Source of the DNA: Callorhinchus milii
Taxonomy: Eukaryota
Length of the DNA: 64,000 bases
Direction of reading: 5' to 3'
NCBI RefSeq assembly: GCF_018977255.1
Contig: NW_024704746.1
Span: 21,204,001 to 21,268,000, forward strand
Under the pieces are notes generated by a model. It was not told the origin of the DNA. It did not search any database and was given only the letters and a program-made list of their open reading frames with translations. Shown in pieces: positions 52,696-64,000 of the stretch. How positions within the stretch are numbered: the first letter of the stretch is position 1; each line of letters begins with the position of its first letter. The position numbers were made by a program, and so were the translations under genes.

Positions 52696-55600
52696 TCAAC
52701 TTGCTTGTTGAAGTTTCTTCCCAGACAAAAATTCCAAGGAATATGATGAGCCCCTGACCAGAATAATGAACTTAGGAGAGCCAGCCTTCACAAAATACCT
52801 AGACGTGGGTAAACACAGCATCAATACCAAGCAATGATCTCCTTTATAAAAAGGAAACATTCATATTTATACCCTTAATTAAACAAGTCATTCGAAAGAT
52901 AATCCAAACTCGAGCACGGCACACTGATCATTTTGCACAAGTGTATGACCCTCCTACAATTAACCAAGGCAGAGAGTAGAAACTGGGGATAACAATACAA
53001 AATACAATACACAATTACATTTGTATTGCGCCTTTCACGTCAGGAGGACGTCCCAAGGCGCTGGACAGTCAAGACCCGAGAGGGGTGTTGGGATAAGGAA
53101 GGGTGGTGGACAGGGAGGATAGAGGTAGGAGGGTGGCCGAAGGCAGGGTTGAAGAGGAAGGTCTTGAGATGTGCCTTGCCCTTCCCCTCCCTTCTCCCCA
53201 CCCCTGACCCCAGCTCGGGTCTGAAATGCTGTACACTGTCCAGCGCCTTGGGACATCCTCCCGACATGAAAGGCGCTATACAAATGTAATCTTGTTGTTG
53301 TTGAAGGAGGCAAGCGAGGGAGCGAGGCGAAGGGAATGTGGGATGGAGTTCCAAAGAATGAGAAACATAAAGGCTAATAAGAAATTTTGTTCTGCTCACC
53401 TGGGGTGGCTCAGTACCTGCCGCAGGGTACAGTCAGGGTTCACTCGAAACAGATCCTCTCTTTCTTCATCTTCAAAATACAGCTACGGACACACAGAAAA
53501 GAACATTTGGGGAATGATTGATGATGCTATGTAAAGATTATCTACCTTTTTAAATTCTATTTTAAACCTCAACCCACCCACTCAAGATATTATTTGCAGA
53601 CATTTCCACTATCTCCGCAATTTCTTCACTCGGACAAAACAAAGTAGCAATGACGGATTATAGGCCCTGCAGGAGGAGAAAAATTATCACATTGTTACTT
53701 TCAATATCATCTCCTACTTTATCTTGTTCTTTCCCAGGCTCTCATCGCTACTCCCACACATTGTAGTCTCTCCAAAATAGACGAACACAAATTAACCCGT
53801 AGGGCAACGGAATACAATTGTGGCACAAACAGAATGCAACACTTGGCATTAGACATTATCATACTGCTTTACTTTGGGCATCACTGTGTGTTACACATCA
53901 CACATCCAACAATCAGACCCACCCAATTAAACAACGTTTCACACATGTCCTCTGTATGCATAAATATCACATCTCGTGGGTGCTTAACAACAAATTACAT
54001 TTGTTTATTGCTTTTCATGTCATAATAACTACTATAATAGTAGGTGTTAAATGCATAAAACTCAGAAAAAATATTACTCTTGAAATCCAAGTAAAAATGT
54101 GGGTACGGGGGTTAATAGTGCCAGTGGAGCACATCTCAGGATTTCACCCAACAGCTGAACAATGCAGTCAAATGCATAATTTTCTTGTATTTTTAAATAA
54201 TTTCCCAAAATATCCTAAATAAATGAGATGGAATAATGAAAACAATGTTCAAACTGACCCTTTAGAGCAGTCAGCCACGCAAGGATGGCTGAATCACAGA
54301 CTGCCGTCATCACCAGTCTGTGGCTGGGAGGCCTGTAAAATATGTACTTTTTTCTGAGGGGGGAGGGAGGGGGAAATATAGGAGCCACCGACCTTATGGT
54401 GCATTTTCACTTCTGTTTTTACAAATTTATTCCTGACATAATGTCTGTCGCAAGTAGTTTTCTATTTCTGATGAAAATCATTTTGCTCAGTCAGCATTCT
54501 CTCAGCATGTTTTCTCTGCGCTCTGAGCTGTTTGCTCGTGCTTTTAGAAAACTGTCAGTTTTGCAACGTCAGCTCTTCATACTGTAAGGATACACAAGAG
54601 ACTAATCATACCGATGTCCAGTGTTTACACTGCAAAACTAGATCATTCATTTATCTTCTAGTTAGGCTAGATTGTGATTCTTTAGTTAAGGTGACTGGCA
54701 GAAGCCTGAACCATAGCCCTGAAGCGCTTTGAGATGTCTCGAAGACGTAATGAGACTCTATATCAAATACAAGAATTATTCTTATTACTCTTATTTGCAG
54801 AGCAGAATCTCCCAATGGAGTTTAAAATCCCCCAACCCTTTACCAAAGTTACACAGGTGGTTTAGACACCTTCTTGTATTGGGAAGGTGCAAATCAACCA
54901 ACAAGATGTAGGCCTGCCAATAAGTCTCAAATAAACAGCAGTAATTTGAAAGCAATGTAAACAATATTAAATTAGTTGTCTTTAAAAAAAAGTTTTTGGT
55001 CAAGTTAGAAATCAGTATTGTACTTTCTGATTGAACAAAATGCAGTAATAGCTGTAATTCCGACTACTGACATACGTTCGGATGTGACAAGTGTATTAAT
55101 AACTTACCTTGAGTAAAGTCATGATTATTTGCAATGTGCAACCTAACCCTAGTTGAATTCAGAGTCAGTAATAAAGCAATATAATGGATTAGCTTCAATA
55201 GCTTTCCAGATTCTGGGATGAGGTGCAAGTAAAGTAAATCAGTTAAAGAACTGAGATTTTCATCAGGTATCTGATTCCCACAGGTATGCGGTTATTAGAG
55301 TTCTAAAGCCTGTTTTAAAGACTACCTGCCACGATCCACACTGACCAATCTGAAAATCTCCAAGCACATCCTGTACTCAGGGATTCCTGCACAGATACAG
55401 AGAGGAATTTCAAGCTCAGACTGAATCAGTGTTGTTTCTTAGGCTATAGACAGCTTCAATTGCAGTCAAAACAAAACTGAACTAAACAGAATTGGAATAC
55501 AAGACATTAACGGTTGTATTGAAATCAGTATGTCAGCCTGACCTTGGTCAGTGAACTTAGGCGCAGTGCGTAGGCACATCAGCTGCCTGACAGATCCACA

Positions 55601-58600
55601 GGGCAATAACGAAAAAAGGTTTTCTGTCATAACCCAATAATTAAAGAAAATTAGAGATTGGTTGTGGTTTAAGGATTACACTTACTACTACTACTAATAA
55701 TCCTTGCATTTGATATAGCGCTTTATCACGTCTTTGAGATGTTCAAAGCGCTTCACAGAATATACTGTAAAGTGAATTGACTGTATACTTTGTGGGAGAA
55801 ATGGAGCAGCCAATTGATATTAAATTGATATATTAAAAAAAATTAAAGAATTTTAAAAATTATATTTTTCAATATACTTGTAATTATATTGAAAAATAGC
55901 TTAGCCCTAAATAGACCCAGCATTCCGCCCAAAAATTGTCTCCTTCTCCGACGCAGCACTTATAAAATAATCCAAGTCGTACCTCTAAACGATCTGCCTG
56001 ATATTTTTTCTCCACGTCCCAGGGGGGCAAGTCTTTATCAAACATCACTGATAAGTGATCAATAAACCTGAAGAAAAGAAACAAACACAAATCGAAAATA
56101 TTCTCAGCTAAATTTCTACTTCCAAGCAGTTCTGAGTCAGTTTCAAAGCAGAAAATACAGGAATAAATAAAGACTGAGAACAACACCAGTACGTGTGCTG
56201 ATACCTCCTTCAAGAGTTAATCTGAAATTGTCTGCTAAAGAGTGACTGAACACATTTCCTCCACAAATAGGGACTGGGAGACATTACTATGCCCAAAGTT
56301 AACTCACTTAGGAACAATTTGAAAAAGTCAAATCCCTTTAAATAACTAAATCATCCAAAATAAAAAGAATCATCGGTGAGTAACTGGCCTTTTAAGATGA
56401 ATCAGTACAAATTAGGCACGTATCATCGGTACCTCTCAGCAGATTAATCTTTACCGTGTGTCTTCGTTAAATGCTGAGATGAAGTCGGTTTGCCCGTACT
56501 CAGGGTAGAGGAACAGGACAGGCCACTGCAAGTTGCCATTTTCATCCAGGTACACCCTGGCACCGGTAGCACTCTCAGCATCTGTACCATCAAACGACAA
56601 ATCCATCAAGTTTTTTGACACTCTTTCCTCCTCCTCCTCATCTGAATGTCGACTGAAACATTCCTGAGATCGAAACAGTTTGATCTTCCTTTCCTAGGAG
56701 AAGCAATAAAATACACTACAGCAAAGGCAGCACAGAAAATATACAAAGAGTATTATCATGTCTAGACAGTGATTTAGTATTACTCAGCGGGGAAGTACAA
56801 GACAATAATCCGTTCTAAATGGGGGGGGGAGAGGGATGGTGGGAGGGGGGCCCTAGAGGCACAATAAAACTAATACTTTAAAGGTTTATAAAATAATTTC
56901 AGCATTGCCCTATTGTTTTTTGCTCTCTAGCTCAGTTTATTCAACTACCTCTCCTCTCCATTCTCTCTGCGCCAACAGTTCAGAAATCCAGGGCCCCAAT
57001 ATCACATGGTGTTCACATGAGGAAGGCCCTTTGGCCCATTTGATCTCATTTTCCCCGACCAACCCTAATGTATTCCCGAAAATAACAGTCACAGCACTTT
57101 ACAGCAAGTGTTTTGGGATGTCTCTCCAACATGATAAGATGCTATATAAATTCAAGGATTATTATTATTATAATAGCATCAAGCTAGTCCCTAAATCAGT
57201 CCAGTATCCTGGTTTCAAACTAACCTTGGTTGGGGTAATCCAATCCAAATATTTTTGTAACCGTCTATGTAAAGATATCTAGCTGACTGAATGCCCTGAA
57301 CGTGCCTTTTATACCACTGAAGCTGTCTCCAGGTTCCCTTGAAGGCATCCCTTGTCAAAGCTAATCTTGATCATTTCAATTAAGACTCATGGGAATTTTC
57401 CAAATACCATGTATGCAAAAGCACCTTCCCCGTTCATGACCTTGGAATGCATATCTCACTCAGCTCAGGAAGATTATACCTGTTCCTTGTATGGTTCTTA
57501 CCTCAATGGCTTTCAGTAGAGCTTCTTTCTGCAAATGTTCCTTCTTTTCCTTCAACTTTGCCTTCCTTGCATTCCTCTCTTCCACACGCTAAATATAAAA
57601 ACACAAGGCAGTTAGAAGTGATTAGATGGTATCTTCAGACTGTGCCTTTTAGCCCCAGCAGAATGATTATACCCTCAATGTATTCATTGGATACCCAAGA
57701 GTGAGCAATGCTTCAAAGCAATATATTAAATAAAGCCTAACACAGTAATATCACCTGCCAATCTTTGCAATGACAAAATAATACAATGGTCATTAACTGT
57801 TCTATGTACCTTCTGTTTGTCAGCCCTCGATCTCAGGTCCACCAATTGTTTCTCCTTTGGATTAACCTGGAGCCCCTCGTTGCACCACATTATGGCCTTA
57901 CTGTAATCTTTCAGCTCAGTATGGCACAGGACACCTGTCAGAAATCAGAAAGAACAGACTAGTGTCTCTTTCTACCCTCTTGTTATTCAAGCATTTGTAG
58001 CAAAACTTCTGTTACACAATATCACGCAGCTTTTAAATTGTAGGAGGATTGCAAATTATCTCCTATTTTGGATGGTTAGTACTCTTAAATGATGCAGGAA
58101 CTCAAAGGTTAAGTAGCAGCTCTTAGATGTATTGCTACTTACTTATTTTCTGTTAGCACAAATACCTGGCAGGAGGAATCTAGGGGACTGAACAAGGAAC
58201 TTTGAAGTGGAGTTCTTTTAGAAACAAGCAGAGTCAAAAACCTATTCAACCCTCCACCTCCATTCAGCTACCACCCTTGTTAACAACTTAAAATGTGCCT
58301 GGAATAAATATTGGGAGAAGCACCGAGCCTGTTCGATGCTCACTGCTGCAATAGCTCTCTCTTGAACTTTATACATCTCAATTCTCTTTCAGTCAGTTGT
58401 GTATGAAAGTCAAAGATAATCTCGCAGCCAGGTCGACCTAATCTGTGCTGCACAGGCCAAAGATACCAACATAAACTCCATTGGGAAAAGCTTGGAAAAT
58501 CTTTACTTGTCTTCACGCCTGCAAAGAACCTTACGATATAAGAGAAAATAAAATGCTTCAGTATTCTTACCTCTGATTATCGCTTTCAGATGGTCCGGCT

Positions 58601-61600
58601 TCAGCTTCCTAGCCTCTATCGCATCATTTAATGCAGATCGATTGTTACCTGGACACAAAATATTAAACGGCAGGGTCAGAGAACATCACCTTCCTGTTCA
58701 TCACTTTAGGTTTTTACCCAAACAGTCAGCACCACAGACAGTTCAGCAACAACAAATGACATCTGTATAGCGCCTTTCACATCAGGAGGTCCAGTGGCAG
58801 ATAGCCGCATACACTGATACCTTGACAGCCACCAAACAAATCACTTGTACTCGGAATTCTCCCTGCTCAATGCTGCTCCCACATTAATTTTCTAATACCA
58901 ATTTGTATATATCAATTTATTGACAATCCAACCAGTTACTGGAGGAAACTGGCCCCACACAAAATGTGCAATGTTTACAATGATCGATGTATTGACTTTT
59001 GCCTGACATATTTTGGGGTAAGGATGGGTTGCTTGGCTTAATGTAGCTGACTGGGTCAATCTTTGGGGAAGTAAGTGAAATTCTCACACGCATTTGACAA
59101 GAGTTCACCCCATGCTGCAGTAACAGGTATCGGCCATGACAGCTCACAGTGACATCTAATCACTGGAAAAGCACTCTCTTGCGGCAGAAACCATTTCACT
59201 CCATGCATTTTGCACAAATATTTTCTGCAGATCCTGGTAATAAAGGATACAAGAACGCAGGTTCTTGGACCTGATCCTGTGAATTTCAACCACAAACTAC
59301 TATTAGAAATTTTGTGCTCCATCGTGGAACGGGGATGCCTGAGAAACCCTCCCCCCTCCCCACCCAGCCACACACCAACATCAGTTGTTTGGGCCCCAAT
59401 ACAATTCATCATGATTTACTAGGTTTAAGCATGTTTGCAACTTACACCGTATCTACCCTCAACTGCAAAGGTCACAGAAAGGGAGAAAGCTTTCTCAGAG
59501 AAAAGTGGAAAAGAAACTTTGAAAGGGATTTGTTTTTTCAATGAACGTTGTGTATTAACTGCAGCTTCAGATGACGAATATACTGCATCACTGTGACCTT
59601 ACCATTTCCCACATCAGCCATCCTGTGACAGCTGAGTAAAACAGCCAATTTAGTTTCATTAATTTTAAAATGTTACAATCATTTTTATGCTGTGGATGTA
59701 TTGATTAGAAAATCTTTGAGTAGAACTCTTACACTCAGTAGAGAATGGCCAAGTTCGAAAGGTAACAGCCTAACCTAATATACCATCCAGCCATCAGAAT
59801 CATTATAGCAATGATGTCCGTACCTAAGTGAAAATGTGCAGCGGCTCGGTTTGTGTAGAGTACGGTGTTAAGATTGGGATCACTGCATTTCTTCTTAAGC
59901 CCTTCTGTGTACGAGATGATGGCTTTCTTATAATTCTTTTCCCCGAAGTAATGATTCCCTTCATCTTTGTATGTTTTTGCAAGATCTGGAAAATAGAGAT
60001 AGTTTTGAGATTAAGATAAAAAAATGTTGATCTGTAGTACAACGTCAATGCTTTTTGGGCCATTTCATTCCTCACAGTGACTGATTTTCTTCAACAAAAA
60101 AAACTTACTAAGTGCTCACTACTTACATTCCCCAGTCCAAGAGGTCAATTCACGTTACAGTATATTCTGTGAAGTGCTTTGAGATGTCTAGAAGACGTGA
60201 AAAGCGCTATATCAAATGCAAGGATTATTATTATTATTTGATACAGAGCCTAATCACGTCTTCGAGACATCTGAAAGCGCTTCACAGAATATACTGTAAA
60301 GTGAATTGACTGTATATTTTGTGGGCGAAACGCGGCAGCCAACTGCGCACAGCAGTTATCAAGATCTGAATCTAGAGCAGACAAGTGTAAATGTATTGAT
60401 GGGAGTCTGCTCAACCCTCCGAAAAGCAAACTGACAGCCTTGGCTAATAATTATATTTACACCATATATTATTTTATTGACAGATAATTAGTTTTCGAAT
60501 TCACCTGCTCCAGTAAACTCTTTGCATCATTGTGAGAATAAATATAAAATCTCCCCAACAAATTTGTGCGGTTTATATGACTAACCATAACATTAACCAA
60601 CAACTGGGTAGATGATAGCACTAAATACAATGATAATCATGGTATCAACAACTTGTATTTATATAGCATCCTTCGCATGGGCAGAGTAGCTTCCCAGAGC
60701 GCTTGAAATATTAGCGCTACATGGTTTCATTTCTTCAACCTTATCTTGAGGAGGCAGTGAAGGAAAACATGCAATTTGCAAGACGTTCTAAAAATAATAA
60801 TTGCTAATTACTCCTGTACCTTCTGGTGATTGGTCTTCATCGTACAGAATGGTCTGGATACAAGCAAGTTCCGGAGTCTTCACTGGATCGATTTCCTCTG
60901 GTGCCTTCTTCATGAACATGGGAATATTGTCAAACTCCTGGACAGGAAACAAAAATAAATGACAAAGGCCAACGGTATAAATAAATTGCAATCCCTCCCC
61001 ATCTCAGCTCCTTACTGGTCACGCTTCTGCAAAACCGACAACAACAAATTGATCACTCCAATCCAGCACGTGTTTGTGGGGATGTCGCCGCTCGTGCGCA
61101 ATTAACTGCCGCGTTTCGCTCACGAAATGCGCAGTCAATTCACATTACAGTGTATTCCGCGGGAGCGCTTTGGGAGACGTCTCGGCGGTTACAATACGGC
61201 GGTGTTTGAAAAGCAAGGGTTATTATCGTTATTATTATTTATTATTCTTGTTATTTTCGGGCTGGTACCCGGCCCGGCAGCGGTGAGGCCGGAGAGCCAG
61301 AAGCCTTCGCTGTCCGGCTCAGCCTCCCGGACACCCGGAACATACTGTCTCTCAAGTTTCCGAACCCCGACCCCTTCCAGTGGCAAAGCACGAAATGGCA
61401 TCACAATAATCACCATTCAGAGAGGAAAGTATTCCCGATTCCCCCCCACACCGCCCACCCCACACACCCCCCCCACACACACCCCCCCCACACCGCACAC
61501 CCCCCCCACACCGCCCACCCCACCCCCCACACCACACACCCCCCCCACCCCCCACACACCCCCCCCCCACCCCCCACACCGCCCACCCCACACCCCCCCC

Positions 61601-62163
61601 ACACCGCCCACCCACCCCACCCCACACACCCCCCCACACACACACCCCACACACCCCCCCACACCGCCCACCCACACACCCCCCCCACACACCCCACACC
61701 CCCCACACACACACCCCCACCCCACACCGCCCCCACACCGCCCACCCCACACCGCCCCCCCCACACACACCCCCCCACACCCCCCCCACACCGCCCACCG
61801 CCCACCCACACCCCCCCCCACACCGCCACCCCACCCCCCACACACACCCCCCCACACCGCCCACCACACCCCCCACACACACACACCCCCACACGCCCAC
61901 CCCCAGGTGTCCCAGGATCACCTCCTCCCAGTTGTCCTCGTTGAAACCCGCTCTGTATCTCTGATGTTTGAACTGGTCCATGAAGGCGTCCATCCCCTCC
62001 CCCTCCTCCTGCTCCCCCTCCTGCCCCTGCCCCCCTCCCCCTGCTCCTGCCCCCCCTCCTCCCCCTGCCCCCCCTCCCCCTGCTCCCCCTCCCCCTGCTC
62101 CCCCTCCCCCTGCTCCCCCTCCCCCTGCTCCCCCTCCTGCCCCCCGGGGGTGTGAGAGGCCAT
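52696..62163 (-). CDS. TTC4: Tetratricopeptide repeat protein 4 (Cns1-like Hsp70/90 co-chaperone), 10 exons, about 440 aa after correcting a 1-bp frameshift
   Basis: Exons 61922-62163, 60820-60937, 59824-59985, 58571-58648, 57810-57934, 57502-57588, 56455-56693, 55983-56067, 53400-53482, 52696-52798. Motifs [19 protein letters not shown] (KDEGNHYF...[13 protein letters not shown]), [10 protein letters not shown]. The ATG at 62163 needs one extra base in the C-run at 62030-62035; otherwise the start is the ATG at 61993. Confidence 0.93.
53010..53302. mobile_element. Two L2 3' ends in inverted orientation in TTC4 intron 9
   Basis: 53013-53069 is approximately the reverse complement of 53235-53291. 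Confidence 0.8.
60144..60355. mobile_element. Tail-to-tail inverted SINE 3' ends in TTC4 intron 2
   Basis: GTCAATTCAC...TCAAAT, an (ATT)n spacer, then ATTTGA...GTGAATTGAC. Confidence 0.85.
61441..61905. repeat. C/A-rich low-complexity array (G-rich on the TTC4 sense strand) at the start of TTC4 intron 1
   Basis: CCCCCCACACCGCCCA-like units. Confidence 0.95.
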
Positions 62164-62300
62164 AGTGCCTCGTGCCCCGACAGTAGCTCCGGGCGCCGCA
62201 GTGACCGTTTCCGGCTCCGGCTGTGGCGGGGGGCGGGCGGGGGGTTGCGCTTCCGGCTGTTCCCCCCTCTAACATGTCCCCGCGGCTCGGAAACCTGTTC
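62160..62300 (-). promoter_or_regulatory. TTC4 promoter / 5' UTR CpG patch
   Basis: CpG-rich region just upstream of the ATG, with ETS-type CCGGAA motifs (about 62208-62213 and 62250-62256) and GC boxes. Confidence 0.55.
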
Positions 62301-62305
62301 CTGTT

Positions 62306-62946
62306 TCACACTCACACTACACTCACTGTACACACTGTACACACTCACACTACACACACTGTACACTCACACTACACTCACTGTACACACTCACACTACA
62401 CTCACTGTACACACTCACTCACTGTACACACTCACTCACTGTACACACTCACACTACACACTCACACACACTGTACACTCACACACTACACACTCACACT
62501 ACACACACACACTGTACACACTCACACTACACTCACGGTACACACTCACACTACACACACTGTACACTCACACACTACACACTCACACTACACACTCACA
62601 CACACTGTACACACTCACACTACACTCACTGTACACTCACACACTGTACTCACACTACACACACACACTGTACACACACACACACTGTACACACTCACTA
62701 CACTCACTGTACACACTCACACTGTACACACTCACACTATAGGTTTTCACACATTGTACACACTCACACTACACACACACTGTTCAGGTTCTCACACACA
62801 CACTCACTGTACACACTCACACACACTACACACTCACACTGTACAGGCTCTCACACTGTACACACTCACACTACACACACACTGTTCAGGCTCACACTCA
62901 CACACGCACACTCACTACATGGCTCTCACACACACACACACACACA
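62306..62946. repeat. Degenerate (CACACT/ACTGTACAC)n simple repeat upstream of TTC4
   Basis: Visible array of about 640 bp; it explains the T/H/L/Y-rich ORFs. Confidence 0.95.
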
Positions 62947-63569
62947 CTGTGCTGGTGCACACAGCTGTATATTTCCAATTTTAGATTTAATTTTATTGCC
63001 ACTCGTTATTATTTTGCCTTTGGCAGCACCTTGGGACGTCCCCCCGATGTGAAAGGCGCTATAAAAATTTAATTTTGTTGTTGTTTTATGTTATTGCGAC
63101 TCACGGTTCAGCTGAATAAATGCTGTGGCAGTTACCAATGCTTCATACCTTCATTATTTGACTTGAGATTATATAATAATCATAATATGTATTGCATTTG
63201 ACAGAGCGCCTTAACATGTCATTGAGACATCTTAAAAGCACTTCTCAGAATAACCTGCCCATGTGCCATAGTTTGGCCGCCACAGGTCCGTGCAATTGTT
63301 TGTACTGAACAGCTTGTTGCATCTTGTAACACCGATCTAAATGCTTCCACGCAATAATTACATCCAAAGCTTCTGGAAAACGCTCCCATGTTTTATTCAG
63401 AGGACAGATTTTCTGAATTCAGGCACTCTGAGATAATCCATTCAGATCGAAAAATATTTTGTGAATGTCAAATTGAAAGTAGGCAGGTACAATAACCCGG
63501 CCAATATAACACACCGTCACACGGCTGGAAATTAGCATCTGTCAAGGCTTCAGCAACAAACCAGTGATG

Positions 63570-63966
63570 ATGATAATAATAATATTCCTTGCATTTGATA
63601 TAACACGTCGTCGAGATGTCCCAAAGCGCTTCACAGAAAATACTATAAAATAGACGGAGTGTGTATTTGTGGGTGAAACGCGACAATCAGTTTGCGCACA
63701 GCAATGTTCCACAAACAGCCATGAAGTGAGTGACTAATTTTATTTGGGAGATTGTTGGCCTTTTTGAACACTGCCATGTAATCTTTATGGTCCATCTGAA
63801 CAGACAGGCAGGAACTCGGTTTAACATCTCATCTGAAGGATGACACCTCGAACATTGCATTGGAGTGTCATCTTAGTCCATGTGACTCCAAGTCCCAACT
63901 TGGGGCTTGAACTCAAACCTTCTGACTCAGTGGCAAGAATACTACCGCTGTGCCAAGCTGACACCT
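63570..63966 (-). mobile_element. Near full-length DeuSINE-like element
   Basis: Minus-strand head GGTGTCAGCTTGGCACAGCGGTAG...GAGTTCAAGCC; Deu-like core (plus strand TGCCATGTAATCTTTATGGTCCATCTGAAC...CTCGGTTTAACATCTCATCTGAAGG); same L2-type tail as the main SINE family. Confidence 0.7.
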
Positions 63967-64000
63967 GACAGTGGAAATATAACTATTACAATGACTCCTG

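Noticed and set aside
61127-62984. Long Pro/His/Thr-rich and Gly/Val-rich ORFs
   Set aside because: Translations of simple repeats in TTC4 intron 1 and upstream; only 61922-62163 is supported as an exon.

Overview
This is a vertebrate nuclear genomic window. The repeats (tRNA-derived SINEs with (ATT)n tails, L2 with (GTT)n tails, CR1 with TTCTTATG tails, DeuSINE relics) point to a cartilaginous fish, probably a chimaera; that assignment is an inference. Six multi-exon genes were reconstructed by hand from splice sites and reading-frame phase: a FAAH/VDHAP-like amidase (-, 15 exons), NSUN4 (-, 6), UQCRH (-, 4), PIGB (-, 12), a TMEM205-family gene (+, 3 coding exons) and TTC4 (-, 10). NSUN4 and TTC4 each carry a 1-bp homopolymer frameshift, most likely a consensus error. 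I found no novel protein-coding system. The most interesting signals are non-coding: (1) a decayed 28S rRNA fragment with an intact sarcin-ricin loop in a FAAH intron; (2) a U12-type intron with AT-AA ends, plus a GC-AG intron, in PIGB; (3) two SINE copies 43 kb apart that share a 180-bp 5' extension; (4) a duplicated homeodomain-site-rich element near a CTCF motif downstream of FAAH; (5) PIGB and a TMEM205-like gene sitting inside a human-1p32-33-type gene block. Comparisons with human genes and with rRNA or repeat consensuses are from memory and need database confirmation.
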